DNA of 62,626 nt, filler included, from Mycoplasmatota bacterium (GTDB lineage Bacteria > Bacillota_I > Bacilli_A > RF39 > UBA660), in assembly GCA_012727915.1 (NCBI GenBank). It is 7 parts of 7 records of this genome, joined end to end, with 100 filler letters (N's around TTAATTAATTAA, not from the genome) between each part and the next. Parts side by side here need not be neighbours in the genome. Positions count along the whole stretch, not along the records: positions 29,479 to 43,882 come from JAAYGD010000036.1; positions 43,983 to 58,640 come from JAAYGD010000038.1; 5 more parts are not named here. One strand, given 5' to 3'. Below are positions 42,554 through 51,679 of this stretch, in pieces (positions within the stretch are counted from its first letter, which is position 1; each line of letters opens with the position of its first letter). Made by a program: the position numbers and the translations under genes. A model generated the notes under the pieces. It did no database searches. It was given only the letters and a program-made list of their open reading frames with translations, and was not told the origin of the DNA.

Positions 42554-43828
42554 TTATGCAGCTTTTTGAAGGCCACCATCCGTTTCTTTGATAGCATCTT
42601 GTAAACCATGAAGAACATAATCTAATTGGTGTTCAGCTTTTTCAGCTCTATTTTTTAGTTCATCTACACTATTAGCAACATCATTTAACTCTTTAACTTT
42701 ATTTTCCATTATTGTTAACTTGCCTTTTAATAAAGATGTTTCTTGATTATACTTTTCTTGAAACTCGCTTAATTCACCCTTTAATACAGTTAATTCGCCT
42801 TTTAATGCCACATTATTTGATTGGTGCTCTTCAACTTTACTAGTTAGTGTAGCTTCTTTTTCATTTAATTCATTAACTCTTCCATGCAAATATTTATTTT
42901 CATTAAGAGCGTCATCTCTTTCTTTTTTTATTCTTGCTACATCCGCAAACATACGTTCAATCATACCATTTGGTCCAATAGCAGACAAATTATCTTGATC
43001 TTTTGGTTTTTGAACTTGTTCAGTTTTTGTCTCACTCTCTTCAGCAGCAATTGGTTCTTCAACTAATGGTGCTTTTTCTTCAGCAACAATTGGTTCTGCA
43101 GCAACAATTGGTTCTTCAACTAATGGTGCTTTTTCTTCTCTATCAATTACTTCTTTTGATTTTTTAAAGTAAACTTTATAAATATGTGGAACACGAACAG
43201 TTCTTTGTTCATTTGTTTTTAATACGTATCTTGTTATATTAGTTGTTTCTTCATCTGCTGCAGTCATTACTGTTTCTTGAGTAGGTACTTCAACATTCAT
43301 TGCTGCAATTTCAACTTCTGGAGTTGGTGTTGATTCTTCAACTACTGCACTTATTACCAGTTCTGGGGTTGACACTTCAACATTCATTGTTGCATTTACT
43401 TCTTCAGATGAATTAGAATCTACAGGTCTTGAACTCATTACTGGCTCTGGAGTTGGCATTTCAGCATTCACTGGTGCAATTTCAACTTCTGGAGTTGGTG
43501 TAGTTGAAGTTGCTACAGTTATCTCCGGCTCTGGAGTTGGCATTTCAACATTCATTGCTGGAATTTCAACTTCGGGTACCCGTTCTTGGTCTACTGCAAC
43601 TATTACCGATTCTTGAGTAGGTAATCCCATATTTTGCATAACTGGAGTTTCCACTTTTTTCTCTACAATTAAAGAAAGATTTGCTAAATAATTTTTTAAT
43701 AAACCTTTCATAGCATTTAATCTAGATAATATAGATCTAGCAGTTGATAAAACAGCCTTTTCAAAAGAACTTATTTTATCACTAATATCTATATAACTTA
43801 CTCCTTCAATTACTAATGTACCTCCCAT
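42554..43828 (-). CDS. Hypothetical protein with Pro/Glu/Val-rich repeats and C-terminal coiled coil
   Basis: RBS AGGAGG; repeated EVEI.AMNVE.PT.E and EEKAPLVEEPI units; long heptad region. Confidence 0.75.
   Translation of the reverse strand: MGGTLVIEGVSYIDISDKISSFEKAVLSTARSILSRLNAMKGLLKNYLANLSLIVEKKVETPVMQNMGLPTQESVIVAVDQERVPEVEIPAMNVEMPTPEPEITVATSTTPTPEVEIAPVNAEMPTPEPVMSSRPVDSNSSEEVNATMNVEVSTPELVISAVVEESTPTPEVEIAAMNVEVPTQETVMTAADEETTNITRYVLKTNEQRTVRVPHIYKVYFKKSKEVIDREEKAPLVEEPIVAAEPIVAEEKAPLVEEPIAAEESETKTEQVQKPKDQDNLSAIGPNGMIERMFADVARIKKERDDALNENKYLHGRVNELNEKEATLTSKVEEHQSNNVALKGELTVLKGELSEFQEKYNQETSLLKGKLTIMENKVKELNDVANSVDELKNRAEKAEHQLDYVLHGLQDAIKETDGGLQKAA
43048..43625 (-). repeat. Intragenic imperfect repeats
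   Basis: CAATTGGTTCTTCAACTAATGGTGCTTTTTCTTC twice; CAATTTCAACTTCTGGAGTTGGTGT twice; TCAACATTCATTG three times. Confidence 0.8.
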
Positions 43829-43882
43829 TTTGCAATCCTCCTTTTAAATTAATTACTTGTTTCTTCTTGACCAGCTTTAGCC

Positions 43883-43982
43883 NNNNNNNNNNNNNNNNNN
43901 NNNNNNNNNNNNNNNNNNNNNNNNNNTTAATTAATTAANNNNNNNNNNNNNNNNNNNNNNNNNNNNNNNNNNNNNNNNNNNN
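43883..43982. other. Artificial contig linker
   Basis: N-TTAATTAATTAA-N. Confidence 0.98.
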
Positions 43983-44060
43983 AAAAAAGAACCAGTAAAG
44001 AAAGTAGCATCAAAAAAAGAAACTACTACAAAAAAGACAACTAAAAAAGTAGGTAATTAA
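43983..44060 (+). CDS. 3' end of a gene with a Lys-rich tail, possibly ribosomal protein S16
   Basis: ...KEPVKKVASKKETTTKKTTKKVGN* directly before khpA; rpsP-khpA is the usual Firmicute order (positional inference only). Confidence 0.45.
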   Translation, partial: KKEPVKKVASKKETTTKKTTKKVGN

Positions 44061-44061
44061 T

Positions 44062-44307
44062 ATGAATTTAGTAGAGTTAACTGAAACATTGATAAAAGCT
44101 ATTGTTAAAGATCCTGATAGTGTATCTGTTAAACAATTTGAAACTGAAGATGATAGTATTCAAATTGAAGTATTAGTAGATTCTGAATCAATTGGGGCAG
44201 TAATAGGAAAAAATGGTAAAATAGCTAAAGCTATAAGAACTATAGTAAGAGCAAGTTCATATTTAGATCAAAATAAAAAAGTAACTATAAATATTGATAG
44301 CATTTAA
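44062..44307 (+). CDS. khpA: KH-domain RNA-binding protein KhpA
   Basis: IKAIVKDPDSV...IGAVIGKNGKIAKAIRTIV. Confidence 0.9.
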   Translation: MNLVELTETLIKAIVKDPDSVSVKQFETEDDSIQIEVLVDSESIGAVIGKNGKIAKAIRTIVRASSYLDQNKKVTINIDSI

Positions 44308-44394
44308 TCTATACATTATGTATAGATTTTTTATACTTGACAATTATTAAATTTTATGTATAATATTATACACAAAGAAAAGGGGGAGTATAAT

Positions 44395-44817
44395 ATGGAA
44401 GAAATTAAATTAAATCAAATAAGAATTGCTCATTTGTTTCATTATGTTAATGAAACTAGATCACCTTTTGCTGTAAAAGCAAGTAATTACGGAAATTCAT
44501 CTTTGACAGTAGGATATTTGGATGAAGATATATTTGTTAATAAAAACGGAGAAAAATATAACATTTATAAATATAGTGTAATAAACGATAGCCTTTTTGG
44601 AAAAGTAGTTTTTGATAAAAAACCAAACTATAATGAAACTTTTGCATCAATAATAGAAAAGCCTTTGACAAAATCAAGAAATAGTATTTCAAGAGAAAAA
44701 ATTGGCTTACTTTTAGATGAAATTGAAAAGATGGTATATTCATCTAATTTATGCTCAAATAATAATGAAAATTATACTTTATTAATTAATAAAGTATATA
44801 ATAAAATAAAGAATTAA
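44395..44817 (+). CDS. Hypothetical protein
   Basis: TTGACA...TATAAT promoter, RBS GGGGAG. Confidence 0.6.
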   Translation: MEEIKLNQIRIAHLFHYVNETRSPFAVKASNYGNSSLTVGYLDEDIFVNKNGEKYNIYKYSVINDSLFGKVVFDKKPNYNETFASIIEKPLTKSRNSISREKIGLLLDEIEKMVYSSNLCSNNNENYTLLINKVYNKIKN

Positions 44818-44824
44818 AAAAACA

Positions 44825-44953
44825 TTAATTACTAATGTTTTTTTTCTTTTTCTTTTTATCATATAAAGAATTTATTACTTTAACTTTTTTACCAATTTTA
44901 ACAATAAATTTCTTTCTTACCCCTTCAGGTAATTTTCTTTTAATAATTTTCAT
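44825..44953 (-). CDS. Small basic protein (42 aa), not in the ORF track
   Basis: RBS GGAGGTGA, TGATATAAT upstream; MKIIKRKLPEGVRKKFIVKIGKKVKVINSLYDKKKKKKNISN*. Confidence 0.6.
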   Translation of the reverse strand: MKIIKRKLPEGVRKKFIVKIGKKVKVINSLYDKKKKKKNISN

Positions 44954-45000
44954 AAGTCACCTCCGAGTCCTATAAAATTATATCATTAAATATAAAAAAT

Positions 45001-46005
45001 TCAATCGTTTTTTGAAAACAAATTAAATACTATTCCTCCAATTGCAACCGGAGCATAGTAAGTAATGAATCTCCAAACAATTAAACCTGATGTTAAAGCA
45101 CCAGTTGTGGTAAAACCTTTAAAGAAAGTTAAAAAACTATATTCAACACCACCAGTTCCTCCAGGAATAGGTATATAACTTCCTACAATAAAAATATATG
45201 TGCTAATTATAGAAGTAACAAATAAATTTAGATTGTGTTCTATACTTAAAGCATTAAATATACATTGAGGAATAACAAATAATATTACTAAACTCAATAA
45301 TTCTAATAAAAAACATTTTATAAACATTTTTTTATTACTTCTTAAATGACAAAAACCTTCATAATATTCAGTAAAATATTTATTTATATTTGATGCTTTT
45401 TCTTCTTTATTTTTTATAAATTTATTTTTATTAATAATTCTATTTATTAATCTATTTATAAATTTATTAGCGTTTTTATTACAACTAATTGTATATACAA
45501 GTGTAAAAGCTATAATATTTAAAGTAAAACCAAATACTAACATCCAAAACATAAGAGGAGTTAAATGAAATAAATTAAAAACTATATTTAAAATAACAGA
45601 AATAATACCCAAAATTATAATTGAAAATTGAAATATTAAAAATGATTGAACAATTGCCATTGTACCTTTTGTGGGTTTTATTCCTTCTTTACTCAATTCA
45701 TATATTTGAAGTGGTTGTCCACCTGATGCAAATGGAGTTATTCCATTAAAAAATTTTGTCATTACTTGTAACTTAAAAAGATTTTTAATGCTATAGTCAC
45801 TCTTATATTCTTTTATTATGTTTTTTAATATATAAGCTTCTAATAATACATAAATATAAAAAAGTATAAATGATAATATAATCCAAAGTAGATTGGCAGA
45901 TCTAATTAACATTACTGTTTCTATAAAATTATCTTTAACAATAAAATATACAAAAATAATAGATATAATTAATAATATAATAGTATTTTTTTTAAAATTT
46001 TTCAT
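45001..46005 (-). CDS. Lysylphosphatidylglycerol synthase TM/flippase-like protein (UPF0104)
   Basis: FFNGITPFASGGQP, IPIPGGTGGVE, WRFITYY. Confidence 0.88.
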   Translation of the reverse strand: MKNFKKNTIILLIISIIFVYFIVKDNFIETVMLIRSANLLWIILSFILFYIYVLLEAYILKNIIKEYKSDYSIKNLFKLQVMTKFFNGITPFASGGQPLQIYELSKEGIKPTKGTMAIVQSFLIFQFSIIILGIISVILNIVFNLFHLTPLMFWMLVFGFTLNIIAFTLVYTISCNKNANKFINRLINRIINKNKFIKNKEEKASNINKYFTEYYEGFCHLRSNKKMFIKCFLLELLSLVILFVIPQCIFNALSIEHNLNLFVTSIISTYIFIVGSYIPIPGGTGGVEYSFLTFFKGFTTTGALTSGLIVWRFITYYAPVAIGGIVFNLFSKND

Positions 46006-46059
46006 AAATTAATCTCCAATATGCTAATTATAACATAATATTAATAAGTATAAATCTAT

Positions 46060-46399
46060 TTATTTTTTGGTTCTTTCTAATAAAGAAATAATTTTAGCAT
46101 TAAATTTAATTTTTCCATTTTCAACAAATATTTTATAAAAATCTGATCCTGTTTTAAAATTAAAGTCTGACATAAGTTTATCTATTCCTGATGATATGGT
46201 ACTTATAGCTTCATTAGTATCATAAATAGTAGAGGGTAGTGGAATGCCTTGAACTGAAACATTTTGCATATTTAAAGTGCTTTTATTGTCTTCTATTGAA
46301 CCACTAACTTTTAAATATAAATTTACTTTACTAGGTAATATTCCCAAAGCAGGTATTTCTTCTTTTATTTGCTCTTTAGAATATTTTTCCGATAAAACA
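46060..46399 (-). pseudogene. Probable 3' remnant of a gene with no start of its own
   Basis: Protein-like frame (...IPALGILPSKVNLYLKVSG...) whose only upstream ATGs lie out of frame inside the ABC-F gene. Confidence 0.5.
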
Positions 46400-47899
46400 T
46401 TATTTAAGAAATAGTACAACATCAGTTGCAATTTTTTCGGAAAACAATTCATCATGCTCAACAAAAATCATAGTAGGGCGATAATTCAAAATTACATCTT
46501 CAATTTGAATTCTTGAAAGAAAATCAATATAATTTAAAGGTTCGTCCCAAATATATAAGTCAGCTTGTTCACATAAACTTTTTGCAATTAGAACTTTTTT
46601 CTTTTGACCTTCACTATAATTTTCCATATTCTTATCAAATTGAATTCTTGCAAAATCAAACTTACGAAGAATTGATTTAAATAAACTTTCATCAATATTA
46701 CTTTCTCTTGCAAAATCTGTTAAATTTCCCATTAAAAAAGAAGTGTCTTGTGAGACATAAGATATTTTCATTTCGTTTGCCACAAATACATTTCCAACAT
46801 AAGAAATATTTTGACCTAATATTAGTTTTATAATACTTGATTTACCACAGCCATTAGGCCCCTTAAGATGTATTCTATCACCATTTTCAACAACAAAATC
46901 AACATCTTCACAAACTTTGTTTTCACCATAAAATATAGATAGATTGGAAATATCTATTAATCTATTATTTTTATAAGTTAAAGGATTTAATTTTAGACTT
47001 TCAGCAGTTTCTATATTTTTTAAAAGTTTAGATTTATCTTCAACCGCTTTATCTCTACGATTTTCTGTGTTTTTAGCTCTTTGGGCCATTTTAGCAGCTT
47101 TAGCTCCAATAAATCCTTTATCTACTCTATTATCGCTTTGAGCAGTATTACGAGATTTTGAAGCTTCTATTTTATAAGACCAGTCTGTTGCTTGTTTTGC
47201 TGACTGCTCTAATCTCGAAATATCTCTTTTTAATTTTTCGTTTTCTGCTAATTCAAAAATATCTTGTCTTTCTTTATTTTCCAACCAAGAAGAAAAGTTC
47301 CCTTGTTGAATTTCAATATTAGTTTTATTTATTGAAAGTATATGATTAACACAATTATTAAGAAAAGTTCGATCGTGAGAAACTAAAATAAAACTTCTTT
47401 TACCATTTAAATATTTTGCAACGATAACGCGAGATTGTGCGTCTAAATGATTTGTAGGTTCATCAATAAGTAGAAAATTATTATCTCTTATAAATAGAAT
47501 TGCTAGTAAAACTTTAGTTTGCTCACCTTTACTTAATGTTTCAAAAGGTCTATTTAATATATCTTCAGGTTCCATTTCTAAAAGTGAAACTTCACGATCT
47601 AATTTCCATTTTTCATATTCTTCAAAAGCCGAGTTTATTTCATAAGCTATTTCATAAGTGGTTTTACTTTTATCATTGATTTCAAAAGGAAAATAATCAA
47701 AATGCACATTTGCAGAAATATTTCCACTATATTCATATTTCCCCATCAAAAGGTTTAAAAAAGTTGTTTTACCTCTACCATTACGGCCAATAAACCCCAA
47801 TTTCCAGCTAGTATCAATTGAAAAAGAAACATTTTCAAAAATGTTGTCATAACTTTCATCGTAGTGAAAGGATAAATTTGAGACAGTAATTGTAGCCAT
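46400..47899 (-). CDS. ABC-F ribosomal protection protein, Lsa-like
   Basis: IFENVSFSIDTSWKLGFIGRNGRGKTT, FDYFPF, LSKGEQTK, DKGFIGAKAAKMAQRAK linker, YSEGQKKKVLIAKSLC, WDEPLNYID; no TM segments. Confidence 0.88.
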   Translation of the reverse strand: MATITVSNLSFHYDESYDNIFENVSFSIDTSWKLGFIGRNGRGKTTFLNLLMGKYEYSGNISANVHFDYFPFEINDKSKTTYEIAYEINSAFEEYEKWKLDREVSLLEMEPEDILNRPFETLSKGEQTKVLLAILFIRDNNFLLIDEPTNHLDAQSRVIVAKYLNGKRSFILVSHDRTFLNNCVNHILSINKTNIEIQQGNFSSWLENKERQDIFELAENEKLKRDISRLEQSAKQATDWSYKIEASKSRNTAQSDNRVDKGFIGAKAAKMAQRAKNTENRRDKAVEDKSKLLKNIETAESLKLNPLTYKNNRLIDISNLSIFYGENKVCEDVDFVVENGDRIHLKGPNGCGKSSIIKLILGQNISYVGNVFVANEMKISYVSQDTSFLMGNLTDFARESNIDESLFKSILRKFDFARIQFDKNMENYSEGQKKKVLIAKSLCEQADLYIWDEPLNYIDFLSRIQIEDVILNYRPTMIFVEHDELFSEKIATDVVLFLK

Positions 47900-48173
47900 A
47901 AAATCACCTCATAACCATAAATTCCAATTGAAATTTCATATATAATAATATAATTTGTGAAAATTTGCGAAAAATTTCTACTTTAGTAAGAAATTCATGC
48001 CACTATTATAACATTTTATCTTAATTTTCAATAGGGACAATAGTAAAAAACGACTTAGCAAACAATATACTATCGTTCAAATAATAAACAATATTTGTTA
48101 AAGAATATAATATTATCATTATATTAACAGCGAACCCAACTACAAAATAGAAAATGTTCGCATAATCACTAAT

Positions 48174-48247
48174 TGGCAGGGGTGGAGAGAATCGAACTCC
48201 CAACAAAAGTTTTGGAGACTCCTATTATGCCATTTAACTACACCCCT
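48174..48247 (-). tRNA. tRNA-Trp (CCA)
   Basis: AGGGGTGTAGTTAAATGGCATAATAGGAGTCTCCAAAACTTTTGTTGGGAGTTCGATTCTCTCCACCCCTGCCA: acceptor stem, CT-CCA-AA anticodon loop, GTTCGA, encoded CCA. Confidence 0.93.
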
Positions 48248-48318
48248 ATGCCTTTTAATTTAAACAAATAAATTGACTTTTGTCAATCTAAATAGTATCA
48301 TCAAATTATGGAGAAATT

Positions 48319-49299
48319 ATGAAAAGATTATTAACTGGATTTAAACCTACTGGAGAGTTAACTATTGGAAATTATATTGGAGTTATAAAACAAATATTAG
48401 AATATCAAAAAGAATATGAAACATATGTATTTGTTGCAGATCTTCATTCTTTAACTGTTGATAATAATGTTGAAGATCTTAAAAGAAATATAAGAGATTT
48501 TGCCGCTTTATTTATTGCTACTGGTGTTTCTAATAATAATTCAGTTTTATATGTTCAATCCGATTGTCCATATATTACAGCGGTATCATGGTTATTAGAA
48601 TGTAGTACTTATTATGGTGAAATGAGTAGAATGATTCAATTTAAAGAAAAAAGTAAAAATAATGATAATTTTACTGTTGGTTTATTTACATATCCAGCAT
48701 TGATGGCATCCGATATATTAGTTGTTGATTCAGAAATAGTACCAGTTGGAATAGATCAAAAACAACATGTTGAATTAACAAGAGATGTTGCGATTAGATT
48801 TAATAATAAATATGGTAATACTTTTGTAATTCCTGAAGCTAAAACTAATGATGTTGGTATTAAAATAATGGATTTGCAGGATCCCACTAAAAAAATGAGT
48901 AAAACTGAAGAAAGTAAAAAAGGAGTAATATCTCTTTTAGATAGTTTAGAAGACGCTAGAAAAAAGATTATGGGTGCTACGACAGATAGTGAATCAATTA
49001 TTAAATATGATGAAAAAAACAAACCTGGTATTTCAAATTTATTAAATATATATTCTGGTTTAACTGATATTCCGATAAAAGATATAGAAAATAAGTATAA
49101 AGGATCTAATTACGGAGAATTTAAAAAAGCATTGGCTGATATTGTAGTATCATTTTTAGATGATTTACAAACTAAATATAAATATATAATTGAGAATAAT
49201 GAAGTTGATTATATATTAGATACTGGATCTAAAAAAGTAAATGAAATGGCTAAACAAAAATACGAAACAATGAGAAATAAAATGGGAATAATTAGATAA
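48319..49299 (+). CDS. trpS: Tryptophan--tRNA ligase
   Basis: TIGNYIG, YPALMASDIL, VPVGIDQKQHVELTRD, KMSK. Confidence 0.96.
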   Translation: MKRLLTGFKPTGELTIGNYIGVIKQILEYQKEYETYVFVADLHSLTVDNNVEDLKRNIRDFAALFIATGVSNNNSVLYVQSDCPYITAVSWLLECSTYYGEMSRMIQFKEKSKNNDNFTVGLFTYPALMASDILVVDSEIVPVGIDQKQHVELTRDVAIRFNNKYGNTFVIPEAKTNDVGIKIMDLQDPTKKMSKTEESKKGVISLLDSLEDARKKIMGATTDSESIIKYDEKNKPGISNLLNIYSGLTDIPIKDIENKYKGSNYGEFKKALADIVVSFLDDLQTKYKYIIENNEVDYILDTGSKKVNEMAKQKYETMRNKMGIIR

Positions 49300-49327
49300 A
49301 ATAGAAATATATAAGTGTGGAGGATAA

Positions 49328-50404
49328 GTGACAAAACTTGAATTTAAAAATGTATACAAAAGTTATGATAAAGATAAGTTTGTTATAAAAGATATATCAT
49401 TTACAATAAATGATAACGATTTTTTAATATTATTAGGAAGTTCGGGTTGTGGAAAGACAACGATATTGAATTTAATTGCTGGACTGGAAGAAGTTACTAA
49501 AGGTGAAATATATATTAATTCTCTATTAGTAAATAATGTTGAACCTAAAGATAGAGATGTTGCAATGATATTTCAAAATTATGCTCTTTATCCTCACATG
49601 AATGTATATGATAATATTGCTTTTTCTTTAAGAAATAAAAAAGTTGATGAACAAACGATAAATAATAAAATTATTGAAGTTTCAAAAACTCTAAAAATTG
49701 AGGAATTATTATATAAAAAGCCCAACAAAATATCAGGAGGTCAAAAACAAAGAGTATCTATTGCAAGAGCAATTATTAGAGAACCCAAAATATTTTTAAT
49801 GGATGAACCTTTATCAAGTTTAGATGTTTCTCTAAGAAATGAAATGAGAGAAGAATTGAAGAAGTTACATAATAAACTAAATAAAACAATAGTATATGTT
49901 ACTCATGATCAAATAGAAGCACTTACTTTAGGAACTAAAATTATAGTTATTGAAGAAGGCAAAATATTTCAAGTAGGCACACCAAAAGAAATTTATGAAA
50001 GACCAAGTAATGAATTTGTTGCTCAATTTATAGGAGCGCCTAAAATGAATATAATCAAAGATTTGAAAATCAATTATAAAAATAAAGAAAAATATATTGT
50101 TTTTTTTGATAAAAAAATAAAAATAAATACTAATATAGAAGCAAATAGTCTTGATATTGGTATTAGAGCAGAACATCTATTTTTTGACAATAGAAATAGA
50201 GATATTAAAATTAATTCATCAATTGATTATTATGAATTAATTGGTTCCGAGTATATTGTCCATGGAAAAACAAATTATGGAGATTTAATATTTAAATTAC
50301 CATCAACATTTAATATAGATGACAAAAAAACAATTTCTCTCAGTTTAAGTGTTGAAAAAATCCATTTATTTGATAATATAACTAAAGAAAGGATTTATTT
50401 ATGA
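49328..50404 (+). CDS. Sugar ABC transporter ATPase (MalK-like)
   Basis: GSSGCGKT, FQNYALYPHM, ISGGQKQR, LMDEPLS, YVTHDQIEA. Confidence 0.93.
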   Translation: MTKLEFKNVYKSYDKDKFVIKDISFTINDNDFLILLGSSGCGKTTILNLIAGLEEVTKGEIYINSLLVNNVEPKDRDVAMIFQNYALYPHMNVYDNIAFSLRNKKVDEQTINNKIIEVSKTLKIEELLYKKPNKISGGQKQRVSIARAIIREPKIFLMDEPLSSLDVSLRNEMREELKKLHNKLNKTIVYVTHDQIEALTLGTKIIVIEEGKIFQVGTPKEIYERPSNEFVAQFIGAPKMNIIKDLKINYKNKEKYIVFFDKKIKINTNIEANSLDIGIRAEHLFFDNRNRDIKINSSIDYYELIGSEYIVHGKTNYGDLIFKLPSTFNIDDKKTISLSLSVEKIHLFDNITKERIYL

Positions 50405-51675
50405 AAAAAAAATTAGGAATTGGATTAATTGTAATTGGTTTGTTAATTGGTTTGTTTTTTATGCTAAACAAGAAAGAGGAAGATGACAAAAAAATAGTAA
50501 TATGGGCATATGACAATGTTGCAAATATTGCGGAAAAAGCAGTTGAAATATACAAAAAAGAAAATAAAGATTTAGATTATGAGTTTGAAGTAGTTAAAAT
50601 TGGTCAAGAGGATATGGTTGAAAAAATAAAGGTATATTTATCTACAAATTCATTAAACAACTTGCCTGATGTTTTTTATGATGAAGATTATAATTTTTTA
50701 GAGTTTATTAAATATTATGAAAATAATTTTGTTGATTTAACAGAATATGTAAATTTAGAAGACTATGCTATTTTTAAAAGAATAAATGTAACTTACAATG
50801 ATAAAACATATGCTATTCCATTTGATTGTGGTGTTGGTGTAATGTTTTATAGGGTGGATTTAATTAAAAAAGCAGGATACGAAGAAAAAGATATGGAAAA
50901 TTTAACATGGAATCAATTTATAGAAATAGGAAAGAAAGTTAAGAAAGAGACTGGAATAGATATGATTACTGTTCTTCCTGAAGGTGACATGGAAGGTAGA
51001 TTATTGTATCAATCTGCAGGTACTTGGTTTTTTGATGAAAATGGAAAAGCAAACATAGAAAATAATCAAGCATTTATAGATTCATTTAATACTATTAAAA
51101 GGGTTTTAGATTCAGGAATTGTATATAAAACAACCAGCTGGGATGATATTATATCATCAATAAGCAATGAAAAGATAGTAAGTTTAGTAGGAGGTTCTTG
51201 GTGGAGTCCAATAATTGAAAGTTATAAAGAACAATCAGGAAAATGGAGAGTAACTACAATGCCAAGAATGAGCGAATCTAATGATTATAGTAATTACTCT
51301 AACCTTGGAGGGGGAAACTGGTTTGTTATAAATAAAAGTAATAAAGAAATAGCAATTGATTTTGCTGTAAGTACTTTTGGAAAAAGTCAAGAGTTAATAG
51401 ATTATTCTGCAGAAACATTTGCTATTGTTCCCGTAAATTTAAATCTTATTAAGAATTTAACTGTTAATGATAATGATTTTTTTGGAGGAGAAAAAATAGC
51501 AAAAAAAATGGCTGAATACTCAGAATATATAAAACCAGTTAAATATGGTTTGCATACTTATGAAATTACTTATTATGTAGGAACAGTATTTCAAGAGTAT
51601 TTGGACGATAAATTATCTTTTGAAGATGCAATAAAAAAGATGCAAAAAGAAGCAGAAAAAGTTTCAATGGAATAG
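50401..51675 (+). CDS. Sugar ABC transporter substrate-binding protein (TM-anchored)
   Basis: N-terminal TM, IVIWA, YAIPFD.G...FYRVDL, LTWNQF, SNLGGGNW. Confidence 0.88.
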   Translation: MKKKLGIGLIVIGLLIGLFFMLNKKEEDDKKIVIWAYDNVANIAEKAVEIYKKENKDLDYEFEVVKIGQEDMVEKIKVYLSTNSLNNLPDVFYDEDYNFLEFIKYYENNFVDLTEYVNLEDYAIFKRINVTYNDKTYAIPFDCGVGVMFYRVDLIKKAGYEEKDMENLTWNQFIEIGKKVKKETGIDMITVLPEGDMEGRLLYQSAGTWFFDENGKANIENNQAFIDSFNTIKRVLDSGIVYKTTSWDDIISSISNEKIVSLVGGSWWSPIIESYKEQSGKWRVTTMPRMSESNDYSNYSNLGGGNWFVINKSNKEIAIDFAVSTFGKSQELIDYSAETFAIVPVNLNLIKNLTVNDNDFFGGEKIAKKMAEYSEYIKPVKYGLHTYEITYYVGTVFQEYLDDKLSFEDAIKKMQKEAEKVSME

Positions 51676-51679
51676 CACT

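Noticed and set aside
43048..43625. Spaced DNA repeats as a possible CRISPR array
   Set aside because: Repeats are in frame, degenerate and irregularly spaced within a coding sequence
47973..47996. AATTTCTACT...GTAAGA resembling a Cas12a direct repeat
   Set aside because: Single copy, imperfect stem, no spacers or cas genes; better explained as a leader hairpin of the ABC-F gene
48021..48206. 61-aa minus-strand ORF
   Set aside because: It begins inside tRNA-Trp; spurious
48174..48247. Possible genetic code 4 (Mycoplasma-like), given the extreme AT content
   Set aside because: tRNA-Trp has a CCA anticodon, long ORFs are intact under code 11, and TGA ends genes at expected positions (e.g. 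hisS at 8397, DUF1295 at 21070)
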